The notes beneath the pieces are model-generated. The model saw only the letters and a program-made list of their open reading frames with translations, was not told the origin of the DNA and ran no database searches. DNA of 64,000 nt, from positions 3,360,001 through 3,424,000 of the forward strand of contig OZ253470.1 in assembly GCA_965261735.1 (NCBI GenBank), given 5' to 3'. Below are positions 1-9,237 of this stretch, in pieces. How positions within the stretch are numbered: position 1 is the stretch's first letter; each line of letters starts with the position of its first letter. The translations under genes and the position numbers were made by a program. This stretch comes from Alphaproteobacteria bacterium (lineage in GTDB: Bacteria; Pseudomonadota; Alphaproteobacteria; SHVV01).

Positions 1-99
1 TCCGCCGTGGCGTTCTCGAAAAACCGCGAGGTGTTCCAATCGGCGCAGGACACCTGCGCAAACGCGAGCGACGACCAGACGGCGAAGAAGATGGCGTAG
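1..99 (+). CDS. possible 3' end of a CDS entering the window (…SAVAFSKNREVFQSAQDTCANASDDQTAKKMA*)
   Basis: Open frame from base 1 to TAG at 97-99 with GC3-rich codons; no recognisable motif. Confidence 0.3.
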   Translation, partial: SAVAFSKNREVFQSAQDTCANASDDQTAKKMA

Positions 100-469
100 C
101 ATCCGGTCCCCGGCGTGACAGGTATTGATCGCATGGTCTTTGTGATTCTACACATATGGAGACGTCACATCTTTTATTACGAATCAAGTAGTTAAGAGGA
201 AGCGGACACGAAAGGGTGGCGTCGACAAATGCTAGCTCCAAGCCGAAGCGGTTGCCAGCTTGGCGCAGGCGTCTTGTTTTTTGGCGCATTTCAGCGACAG
301 CAAAGTAGATAACATTAAGGAAGTATTGTTGCACCGCCATATGAATCCCTGGCGTGATCTGACTGGGGGTTCCTTTCACCCATTGCCTAGGAAGAGACAA
401 GTCCGGCCCGGCGGAGACCGGGCCGGAACGGAGCGCTCAATACCAAAGCGGGCGCGCGGCGTGGAACAG

Positions 470-838
470 GTGACGTTCCTGCTGGAGGAGGGCCGCAAGT
501 CACGCTCACCCCGGGCGATCCGCAGCTGCGCCATCTCGATCACGCCTGGGCTTCGACCGTGCACGCTTACCAGGGGCGCACGGTCGATAACGTGATCGCC
601 GCGATGGAGGCGAACCACCCTCAACTGAACACCGCCAAGGCGTTCTATGTCGATATCTCCCGCGCCCGCGACCGGGCGGAGTTGGTTGCCGACGACGCGC
701 AGGCGCTCAAGGAACGGCTCGAAGCCGTGACCGGCGAGCGCATTTCGGTGCCGGAAGGCATCGGGGAGACTGTCCGGCCGGAGCGCGAACGCGAGCACGG
801 GAGGGACGGGAAAGAATCGCACGAGAGGGAACGGCCGA
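470..838 (+). pseudogene. C-terminal fragment of TrwC/TraI-type conjugative relaxase-helicase
   Basis: Reads DPQLRHLDHAWASTVHAYQGRTVDNVIAAMEANHP…FYVDISRARD (SF1 helicase motifs V/VI of MOBF relaxases); no N-terminus, frameshift near 500. Confidence 0.8.
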
Positions 839-1198
839 GGTGCGCGACCAGCTGAACAGCGTGCTGCGCCGCTGGTCGCACCACTTCGGCTACGGGACGC
901 GCCTGCCGGCCTATCGAGCGGTCGACAATTACGTCTATGAGCGCGTGCGGCATTTTCTGGTCAGGCGTCACAAGGTGCCCTCGCGCGGCACCACGCGGTT
1001 CTCTGCTGGGACCGTGTTCGGGGATCTCGGCGTGCTTCGGCTGCGCCGGGTTCATCTTGGCCCCCCGCCGTGTGCCTCGGGATGAAGCCAGTCGGAAAGC
1101 CGGATGCGGGAAATTCGCACGTCCGGTTTGATGAGCGGGGAAGGGAAACGGAGTGATGCCAATGCGGTACAAACCACCGCGCCCTTCCTCGACTCTAC
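834..1198 (+). mobile_element. 5'-truncated group II intron: maturase (X domain) C-terminus plus ribozyme domains V and VI
   Basis: ORF 840-1085 (LNSVLRRWSHHFGYG…VDNYVYERVRHFL) followed by GAAAGCCGGATGCGGGAAATTCGCACGTCCGGTTTGATGAGCGGG (D5, AGC triad) and D6 ending …CCTCGACTCTAC at 1198. Confidence 0.9.
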
Positions 1199-1444
1199 CG
1201 CTTACCGCTGACGGAGGCCGTGACGGAACGGACCAGCGGACCCAAACATGTGCTGGGTCAACCTTGACGGCGAACTCACGGGGGCATGATTTCCAAATGC
1301 ATCTCCTTTTCTGCGGGACCAAGAGACGGAATTCACGTACGATCTCACCGATATCCCATCGTGCGGCGTCCCCGGGAACCCCCACCTGAGCCTGTCGTGT
1401 TGGCTGAGCAGCCCCATCACAGCGCCCTGGACGCGACATTCGGC

Positions 1445-1798
1445 TTAAAGCGCGTTTCGTTGTTCATCAATTAACGCGATCCACCGATCCTTATTTGAAA
1501 CGACGAACCGTTGATTAGCTTGATCCCGAAAGGTGACTCTGATCGAGTTCTTAAGAAAGATCGGGACGAGCAAAAACACTGTCCAAATGGTGATGCTACG
1601 TGCTGGTTGGACAAAGAGCACGTTCGAAAGACCATAAGCGTCACGGATCTTTGTGCCGCGACGATTGACGAAAAGAAGGCGTCTGTTTGTCAACACGAGC
1701 CGTCCCCCGGGACCTCCCCATACGCCGGTGCGATTGGCGAATGCAGACAAGACGACGCTCTCGTCCTCTTCGAGTTCAATAGACAATTCTTTAGCCAT
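1445..1798 (-). CDS. small PH/GRAM-like domain protein with one hydrophobic segment
   Basis: 117 aa; GGRLVLTNRRLLF motif typical of bacterial PH/GRAM-like domains; GAGAGG upstream. Confidence 0.65.
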   Translation of the reverse strand: MAKELSIELEEDESVVLSAFANRTGVWGGPGGRLVLTNRRLLFVNRRGTKIRDAYGLSNVLFVQPARSITIWTVFLLVPIFLKNSIRVTFRDQANQRFVVSNKDRWIALIDEQRNAL

Positions 1799-1881
1799 GC
1801 TGCATCCCTCTCGGCAAGCGCTAGCTGGCGTAATGCTCCAACAGCCTATGGAAACATCCCCTCAGGCTATTCCTCCATGAG

Positions 1882-2196
1882 TTATTGCGTCTCCGGACAC
1901 GTAGGTTCTCCACTCTGAGCATCCGCCATGAGGGATAGTGCAGCCGCATCTACAGCCGCTCGTCCATATCGGGAAATCAGTGCTTTCTGATCTTCTTGGA
2001 ATTGCAATGCCACTTTGGTCTGTTCCGCTGCTCCGGGAACATTGCTGGCTTTCTTGAAGTCGCAAATGAGTATTGTGACTGCTGCCTTAACTTCATCTAC
2101 CTCATCAGCCGACGCGAAACGAGCGAGACCATTGGTCATCAAGGACAAACCAGAGGCGAAAACGACTAATTTGAGCCACGGTGCGATGTTCTTCAT
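1882..2196 (-). CDS. hypothetical exported protein
   Basis: 104 aa; GGAG upstream of ATG; N-terminal signal-peptide-like stretch ending FASA|D; two Cys. Confidence 0.55.
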   Translation of the reverse strand: MKNIAPWLKLVVFASGLSLMTNGLARFASADEVDEVKAAVTILICDFKKASNVPGAAEQTKVALQFQEDQKALISRYGRAAVDAAALSLMADAQSGEPTCPETQ

Positions 2197-2268
2197 ACGT
2201 ATCTCCCGTTTCTGAGGAAGGTATCCCTTTCGTTCTTGCAGGTCCGCGAACTCCCCTCGCCTTGTCAG

Positions 2269-2541
2269 CTAAACGATGCCGCCCTGCCGGTTATGGCGTT
2301 CCTTTTCGGTCAGCGCCCATTCTGCTCTCGATCCGCGAGGCTGGTGGATTTTACCTTGTTGCTCCAGCCTGTGGAGTTGCCCCGTGACTGTGGCATTGTA
2401 TCCGTCCTCTGGAAGGTTGAGAGCGCTGGCGATGCTCCCGTGCATGAGCCCGTTGGGGGCGTCGTCCAACAATCCCAGGATTGCTTCTTGAACGTAATAC
2501 TCACCGGTTCGGGCGAGCCTTCTCGCGTCATTTGCTCTCAC
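2269..2541 (-). CDS. small winged-helix DNA-binding protein
   Basis: GTG at 2541 preceded by GAGGAG; EAILGLL…GSIASALNL…GQLHRLEQQGKIHQ…EWAL fits a wHTH pattern. Confidence 0.55.
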   Translation of the reverse strand: MRANDARRLARTGEYYVQEAILGLLDDAPNGLMHGSIASALNLPEDGYNATVTGQLHRLEQQGKIHQPRGSRAEWALTEKERHNRQGGIV

Positions 2542-3439
2542 AGGCGGGTTCTCCTCTTGCCGGCTTGATTCGCCACACGCATCGCCCGTGTCCGGACTGC
2601 GAGGGCGAGGTGGTCGACCTCGATCTGGTGAACTATCACCGAGGCTGAACCTAGGGGCAAGATGTTGGACCCAGCGCACCCATGCGAGTGTTTTCGCGAG
2701 AGCGTACGCACGATGGGATGGGCCGTGACGGGGGATGAATCCGTCGGGTAAGGGACGTTCCTGCGACAGAATCCGCATAGTGGCTCAGTTCTGGGCGCAA
2801 GTGGGCCGTTGCTTGGCGCCAATCGACCGTATAGCAGCGCACCTCACCGCCATTTGCGCCCAGTTCCGCAAAGGTAGTGTGTCATTCCGCGACTCGTCGC
2901 AGACATGCCAACCACCGCGACCGACACCCTTCGCTTCCCTCCGAGACTGACGTAGGCGGGCTTACCGGACGACCCGGCCGAGCCAGCACGGCTTGGCCGA
3001 ACGGATTCCGCTTACCGCTTACCGGCAGACATTGATGCACAGACGTCCGTGATTTTTGAAATTGGACGAAAGTAGTCCCCCTCGAAACCTTGCCTAGTAA
3101 TGGATCAAATTGCGGCCGACATTTGCCGCTCGCGAAAGTCACGCTGGAGCCAACTCAAGTATGGGAGCCTGGACGGTCTTCGCAACGCCCTTAACTAGTC
3201 TTTTGCCGATCTCTGTCAGTACAATGAATGATAGCTCGTGCTATTCCCGGTTGTCGACGCGCGCAGATGGATCGCATACTAGTGACCAGCAAGCTATAGG
3301 TTGTCGGAATTTTCGTCGCCAGCCGTTGCGTCAGACACGGCGCAGATGTTCTGGTGATTCAGCGGTAAACGGGAATCAATGACTCCGATTGCTTCAATGG
3401 TCGGGCGGGAACTACGTCAGAGATACGCCCGCGAGCGCT

Positions 3440-4079
3440 GTGTGTGGACGCCCCCGTTGATGCAAGCAGTTTTTGGTCGGCTCGGTGCATGCGGTCAGGT
3501 GCTGTCGTGTGTCCGGCCTCTCTATGCGGCAGATGACACGCCGCGGGCCCGTATGGAGATACGCGGATTGGGTCCAAATCGGTTACGCGAGCTTGAAAGC
3601 TCTCCGTTCGGATGCTGGTTTTCCCAACCCGGTCTCGTTGACCTTTGCCCTTACCTGTCCTCCGTCCTGCCCACATCCCCGACGGCTTCCCGCACTTCGC
3701 CGTTCTCTCAGGCGGTGGCGGGAGCCCGGTAGCTCTCCTTCTTCGTCAGTAGCGCCCAGACGATGCGCGCCATCCTGTTGGCCAGCGCCACCGCGACGAG
3801 CATCCTCGGCTTGCGCGCCAGCATCCCGGCCAGCCAGGGGTCCGTCGTCACGCCGCGCCGAACCGCCCAGCGGACCACAGTCATCGCGCCTGTGATCAGC
3901 AGCCGTCTCAGATCGCGCTGGCCCATCTTCGATATCTTGCCCAGCTTCGGCTTTGCCGCCGGTCGTGTGCTGGCGCGGCACGAGGCCGAGCCAAGCGGAG
4001 AAGTCGCGGCCGCGCCGAAAACTCTCCATCGGCGGTGCGAAGGCCTGGATTGCCATCGCGCTGATCGGCCCGATCCCAC
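3440..4079 (-). mobile_element. IS110/IS1111-family remnant (transposase C-terminus with frameshift, plus right-end non-coding region)
   Basis: GIGPISAMAIQAFAPPMESFRRGRDFSAWLGLVPRQHTTGG…ISKMGQRDLRRLL; closely similar to the intact copy at 62152-63174; subterminal IR GTGGACGCCCCC at 3444-3455. Confidence 0.9.
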
Positions 4080-4143
4080 AAGGGTGGCCGTGGCGCGTTG
4101 ATCGGCGAGTTGATATCGGGTCTTGGTCGGCTCTGGCGCATCG

Positions 4144-5266
4144 TCACGGAGGTCCGGTCTTCGTTGCCCGCATCAACGTTTGAACTCGCCGATCGAGAAT
4201 GAGGATCTGCCGCAGCGTTCCCTTCCTGCACTGCCGGCACACGGTGATGTCGATTCCCGTCAGACGCAGCATCATCTCCTGCGTCGTCTCCGGCTCGAGC
4301 GGTTCCGGGTCTGGCTGACCAAGCATGGCTCGGCACAGGGCGAGCTTGCCGGTTCTGGAGCAATCCGTAGTGGCGCAGCCGGGTGAATCCGCGCGGCAGC
4401 ACATGCAGGAGGAAGCGGCGGATGAACTCGTCGGCGTCGAGACGCATCACCTTGGCCTTGTTGCCGTCGGCGTAGTCGCGCCACCGGAAGCGGACGTGCT
4501 CCCCGTCGAACTCGACGAGACGGTGGTTGCCGATGGCGGTCTTGTGGGTGTAGCGCCCGAGATAGGCCAGCACCTGGCCGGCGCCGGCGAACGGGGCCTT
4601 GGTATAGACCACCCAGTTGTTCGATCGAAGCGAGGTCTTCAAACATTCGAAGGCGCGGCGGCCGTCGAGACCATCGCGGCCGGGCATACGCAGCTCGCCC
4701 TTGCGATGGGCATCGGTGAGGAAGTCGAGATACTTCCCGCGGAAGACCTTGGAGAGAGCGGCCGTTGGGAACAGGAATCCCTTGCGCGCGGGGGCGATCC
4801 AGCTTTGCTGGTCCGGGCTCAAGGCTCCGCCGGTGACGATGCAGTGGACGTGGATGTGCTGTCCCAGATTCTGGCCCCAGGTGTGCAGCACCATGGTGAT
4901 GCCGAGCTCGCCGCCGAGCCACGGGGATTGCGGCCGAACTCTAGCAAGGTCTGGGATGCGGCCTTGAAGAGCAGCTTGTAGATGAGCGCGGGATTGCCCT
5001 GAGCCACGGGGTTGAGGTCGTGGGGCAAGGTGAAGACCACATGCCAGTAGTCGATGTCGAGCAGATCGGCGCACTGACGCTCGACCCATCGGGTTTGCGA
5101 GAGGGTCTGACACTTGGGGCAGTGACGGTTCCTGCACGACGCGTATTGGATCGTCACCGCCCCGCATTGGTCGCAATGCGCCTTGAACCCGCCGAGCGCG
5201 GCGGTGCGACAGTTCACCAGCGCGTCCACGACCTTGTGTTGCTGGGCCGAGAGCCGATGCGTCTCT
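4144..5266 (-). pseudogene. IS91-family (Y2 HUH) transposase, N-truncated and frameshifted
   Basis: CRTAALGG…HCDQCG…SCRNRHCPKCQ zinc domain, HVVFTLPH, VLHTWGQNL…HIHVHCIVTGG, YLGRYTHK, FLLHVLPRGFTRLRHYG across several frames. Confidence 0.9.
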
Positions 5267-5770
5267 CTTGGTGGCCTCGAGAACGGCATGAAAATAGTTC
5301 TCCTGAAGCAACTCGGCCCGGCAGAACTGCAAAACGTCGGAATGGACAGCACGGCGCTGTAGTTCGCTACGCAATCGACCCGCGCGCTCCAGGGCCTCGG
5401 CAAGGGTGGTCGCTTTCTCGGCGGCGCGCAGCTTGCCGTCCTCGCCGAGCTGCCAGCCTGCGAAGGCCAAGACCTCGTTCAAAGCATGACGCCTGGAATC
5501 AAAGATGTCGGTCTGTCCCCGATAGCTGACCGGGGCCATGGCCTGCTGGACCAAGTGCAGCACGGCATTGCAGCATCGGTCCTGGGCTTGGCGCGCTTGG
5601 AGCGCCTCGAAGAGGCGATGGCGCTTGGTCATGCTGGGGATCGGATCGTCGATACGACACGCCGACAAGAGTCGGCCGATTTCGCTCCCCGTGAGGCCGG
5701 TGCTCGTTTCACCTAGAACGTCACAGAGCGCCTGAAGCTGGTCTGGTGGGAAAGCCGGATACGCTGGCAT
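5267..5770 (-). pseudogene. TIGR02391-like (AbiJ-N-terminal-like) protein, truncated at the IS91 junction
   Basis: GLTGSEIGRLL…TKRHRLFEAL…LNEVLAFAG…VHSDVLQFCRAELLQENYFHAVLEATK then an abrupt switch to IS91 sequence; last gene of the R-M operon. Confidence 0.75.
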
Positions 5771-5800
5771 CTGTCTGGGCTGTAGTGGTCTGACGCAGTT

Positions 5801-6721
5801 CTAGTTGCGGGTCGCCTCGATGAACTCTCGGAGATCGTCGAGACGATGAAGCCAGAACAGGGCGAGCCCTTCGCCTTGGGCGGTGGCGAGGTTGTCGGGC
5901 TTGAAGACGCCGCTCAACACGGCACCGGGCACGACCTGGCGCTGGCCGAAGGCGGCGATCCATGCGCGGGCCTTGCCGGCGGCCTCGTGGTTCACACGTT
6001 TGAAGGAATTGACCTCGCTGTTGGAGGCCTTGCATTCGACGGCCAGGACGCGGCGGTCGTAAAGGCCGATCACGAGGTCGGCGCGGCTGTCGCCGAGTTT
6101 GCTCTCGGGGCAGAACTCGCCCGGCGCCGGAGCATCGCGCAGAAGCGGGATGTTGCGGCGGTCGACTTCGGCGAAGTCCATGCCGCGGAGCAATTGCTTG
6201 ACGGCCTCTTCCTGGTCTGATTTGGCGTCGTTGCGGCGCTTCGTCTGGACCTTCTGGGCGGTGGCCAAGGCTGCGGAAGCGATGGTGGCGATCGTGCGCT
6301 CGGCGTCGCGGGGATCCCTACCCTCTGCGATCCATGGAAAGCGCTTGGGGTCGAGGATGTGGAGCACGGTATCGCGGACCCGGCGCGCCGACTCGGGTTC
6401 GCGGCGGAGCGCCGTGGGAGACAGCTTCGCGTCGGCCAAGGTCTTGAGATCGTCTTCAGAGATAGGGGGTGCGGTCAGATAGCGGAACGCCATCTTGGTG
6501 TCGTCGTCGCCCATGACCTCGGCAAGGACCTCGGGGTCCAGCTCGTGCTCGGCCAGTTGCTCGATCTGGTCGATCAGCCGGTCGAAGATGGGAACGAAGG
6601 CGTCGAAGAATTGGGTATAGAGTTCTAGCGGCTCTTCAAGCCGCTCGGTGCGGAACCTGTCCCTTGAGCGGGAGGCGTCCTCGCCAAGCTGCTGTGCTGT
6701 CCATTGTATCGGCTCAGCCAT
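5801..6721 (-). CDS. type II restriction endonuclease, XamI family
   Basis: 306 aa; FRYLTAPPISEDDLKTLA and RADLVI…VECKASNSEVNSFKRVNHEA PD-(D/E)xK signature recalled as XamI family; overlaps the methyltransferase gene. Confidence 0.8.
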   Translation of the reverse strand: MAEPIQWTAQQLGEDASRSRDRFRTERLEEPLELYTQFFDAFVPIFDRLIDQIEQLAEHELDPEVLAEVMGDDDTKMAFRYLTAPPISEDDLKTLADAKLSPTALRREPESARRVRDTVLHILDPKRFPWIAEGRDPRDAERTIATIASAALATAQKVQTKRRNDAKSDQEEAVKQLLRGMDFAEVDRRNIPLLRDAPAPGEFCPESKLGDSRADLVIGLYDRRVLAVECKASNSEVNSFKRVNHEAAGKARAWIAAFGQRQVVPGAVLSGVFKPDNLATAQGEGLALFWLHRLDDLREFIEATRN

Positions 6722-8300
6722 TCAACTGTTCTAAGTTGGGAATAGCGATGCGCTCAACCTCCTTCGGCTCGAACTTGGTGAGGCCGCCGGCGTAGGCGCG
6801 GCCTGCGTCGAGACGGACGTTGGTCTTGAGCCAGGCAATAAGCGCTGTACTGGAGTCCTCTGTCAGGGGATCCCTGGGATAGAGGCCGTGGGCGATGTTC
6901 AATAGGCGCGCGTTGCACATATTGCGGACGAAAGCCGGCGGCCGGCGCGCCATGTAGGTGCAGACGATTGGGGCGGGCTCGCGGAGCCCGACCGACCACC
7001 AGGACCGGCGGTTCTGAGCGATGTACCCCGAATCGGCTTGTTGGGCTTTGGCCCACGAAAGGAAGCGTTCGACAGCCGGTCGCACGTCGCGCGACAGCTC
7101 GTCGAGATCGGCGGGCAGGTCGATGACTCGCCGGAGGACTCCGGCGTCGGCGAGAACGTCGCCGACAGCAAGAAGTTCGCGTGCCCTCGTGACGGTCGGC
7201 AGCAGGTACTTCACGGGCAGGCCCTTAGCGTGGTCACCGGCGATCCAGACACTATTGGCACCCGTGACCTGGCCACGATGCACCCGGAACAGTTCGCCAA
7301 GTTCAATATAGCCGGCGGGCGGCTTCTCGGACGGGCGTACGATGATCGACCATCGGGGCGCCTTCTCGACCTCGGTCCAGAGCACTTTGCGGCCCTTGGT
7401 CAGGTCGTTGAGGGCGCTGCGTGTCTCAACGGCGCGCACCCGGAAATTCTTGGGTCGCTGACCGACCCGGAAACAGGTGATTGCGGCCGTCGTAGCGGCG
7501 TCCGGAAAGGCGGCGACAGCCGGATCCAGAACATGCAGCGCCGTACCGCCCAGCCCGTCGGCGAGCAGCTGGCGGAGGGCGCGGCCATAGTTCACGTCCA
7601 ACCATTCGGCGGCGGTGATGAAGGTGCCGTAGTCGCCCTCGCGCGCTAGCGTCATGGTCTTGAAGAAGAAATGCAGATGTAGCCCGGCGAGCTTGCTGGC
7701 TTTGATGCCCCAGCGCGCTCCCGCGCGGGCGTACCAGTCCTTCCATTGCTCTTCAATGTCATGGTGGCGGACATAGGGAGGATTGCCGATGAAGAGTGTG
7801 GTGCCCTCGATTCTGGGCAGGCGGATGCGGCGGTAGTCGGTCAGCTTGAGGGTCAAGCGGCCACCGAAGCCCTTGGCCTCGGCTGTGGCACGAAGCATGA
7901 GGGCTGCCACGGGATCGGTCTCGACGGCGATAAGCTGTGACAAGGGGAAGTAGTCGGCCGCGGTGGCAAGGAACCGGCCAGAGCCAGCGCCGGGGTCGAT
8001 GATCCGGGCCGGCTGACCGTGCTCGCGGGCGGACCATGAAACCATGGCGCCGACAATGTCCATAGCCGTGTAGGTGGCGCCATGGGCGCGGCGGGTCACC
8101 GGCGATCGAAGCCGACAGAACGCCTCGCCGAGCGGGTCGCCGCCTTCGGCGATCTCCTCCCGGAGCGCCGCGAGCGTCGATTTAGGTGCTTGGGGAAGGT
8201 CGCGGACGAGCCGACGCTCAGACGCCGACCAGCCCCCGGGATGGCACGCGAGGCTTGCAGCCGCAGCGATCAAGTCCGCTTCGGTTGCGAGAGCGTTCAT
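6714..8300 (-). CDS. N6-adenine DNA methyltransferase (gamma class, Eco57I-like)
   Basis: GATYT, IDPGAGSGRF (motif I), IGNPPYVRH (motif IV), GGLTKFEPKEVE C-terminus. Confidence 0.92.
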   Translation of the reverse strand: MNALATEADLIAAAASLACHPGGWSASERRLVRDLPQAPKSTLAALREEIAEGGDPLGEAFCRLRSPVTRRAHGATYTAMDIVGAMVSWSAREHGQPARIIDPGAGSGRFLATAADYFPLSQLIAVETDPVAALMLRATAEAKGFGGRLTLKLTDYRRIRLPRIEGTTLFIGNPPYVRHHDIEEQWKDWYARAGARWGIKASKLAGLHLHFFFKTMTLAREGDYGTFITAAEWLDVNYGRALRQLLADGLGGTALHVLDPAVAAFPDAATTAAITCFRVGQRPKNFRVRAVETRSALNDLTKGRKVLWTEVEKAPRWSIIVRPSEKPPAGYIELGELFRVHRGQVTGANSVWIAGDHAKGLPVKYLLPTVTRARELLAVGDVLADAGVLRRVIDLPADLDELSRDVRPAVERFLSWAKAQQADSGYIAQNRRSWWSVGLREPAPIVCTYMARRPPAFVRNMCNARLLNIAHGLYPRDPLTEDSSTALIAWLKTNVRLDAGRAYAGGLTKFEPKEVERIAIPNLEQLNG

Positions 8301-8479
8301 CCCTTGCCCGCTCCTTGGCCCTTGGTTTTGTAAAGCTGCCAGATTTCGAGGAAGAGGTCTTTGAGGCGCAGCCCGCGCTGAGCAGCCTCCTGCTTCACCT
8401 CGCGCGCTAGGTCCGGCGGAAGGCTCAGGCCGACAATCTGACGGGTGGTGTGATTTTTGGATTGGGACGACTTGCTCAT
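8297..8479 (-). CDS. small ribbon-helix-helix-like regulator, first gene of the R-M operon
   Basis: 60 aa from ATG 8479; RQIVGLSLPPDLAREVKQEAAQRGLRLKDLFLEIW fits the RHH beta-alpha-alpha pattern; ATGA overlap with the MTase start. Confidence 0.7.
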   Translation of the reverse strand: MSKSSQSKNHTTRQIVGLSLPPDLAREVKQEAAQRGLRLKDLFLEIWQLYKTKGQGAGKG

Positions 8480-8526
8480 GGCATCAGGTATTGTCGACGA
8501 GTCGACTGATGTCAAGATGTGTTGAC
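8480..8526 (-). promoter_or_regulatory. putative leaderless sigma70 promoter of the R-M operon, with two GTCGAC sites and an inverted-repeat operator
   Basis: Minus strand TTGACA (8515-8510), 17-nt spacer TCAGTCGACTCGTCGAC, weak -10 AATACC, 7 nt, ATG; GTCAA-N6-TTGAC palindrome 8511-8526 overlaps the -35. Confidence 0.6.
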
Positions 8527-8660
8527 GGGGGGCGATTCGAACAGGAGAAAGTGACACTTATGGTCACGTTGACGGCCCATCATTCCGGCTATCGGTCACG
8601 CTCACCGCGATAATCGGGGCGACTCGGAATCCGGAGCCCGCACTGGCGAGACGGGCGGTG

Positions 8661-8815
8661 TGACCTGAACCCCATAAATTGGACCGTCTGCAGTGAGAAT
8701 TTTCTCGTAATGTTTTGGCTGGCATTGACGAGGAAAGGCGATGAAGCAGTCGAGATTTTCGGAACAGCAGATCGCCCTCATCTTGAAGCAGACGGATGAA
8801 GGGACGAGTGTGGAG
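8661..8815 (+). mobile_element. IS3-family left end with truncated orfA
   Basis: TGACCTGAACCCCATAAATTGGAC end; MKQSRFSEQQIALILKQTDEGTSVE then breaks. Confidence 0.8.
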
Positions 8816-9237
8816 TTGCGAGGTGGTCAAGATCGACGTCGCCGCCGTGGCCCTGCACGACCGCGCCAATGGGGGGCGTGCTGGCTGGCCCTGGTGTTGT
8901 GGGATCGACTTGATCTGGACCACTTCTGGGGTCTGCGCCTGACCCCGAGCCGGCACGGCACGAGGTGGCTGGACATTCCGAAGATCCAGGTCTGCTACCG
9001 GCTGATCGACCCGGGGAGCGAGTGGCGTCTCCACCGTCACTGGTACGAGCACAGCGCGTTGCGCGATCTTCTGGGCTGCGATCGGGCGATCGCCGACGAC
9101 ACGCTGTATCGCTGCCTGGACAAGCTGATGCCCCACAAGCAAGGGTTCTTCTCGTTCCTTCGCGCCCGGTGGGCGGGGCTGTTCGATGCGGGCTTCGATG
9201 TGCTGCTGTACGACCTGACCTCGACCTACTTCGAGAG
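8816..9237 (+). pseudogene. IS1634-family transposase internal fragment
   Basis: RPRQWGACWLALVLWDRLDL…YRLIDPGSEWRLHRHWY…LYRCLDKL…LLYDLTSTYFES, cut by the IS3 at 9238. Confidence 0.85.

Noticed and set aside
840-1085. Retron or DGR reverse transcriptase
   Set aside because: Only a maturase tail followed by group II intron D5/D6; no RT core, msr-msd or TR/VR pair.
3908-5770. 620-aa ORF as a novel fusion protein
   Set aside because: Chance read-through of a truncated TIGR02391-like gene into partly out-of-frame IS91 and IS110 relics.
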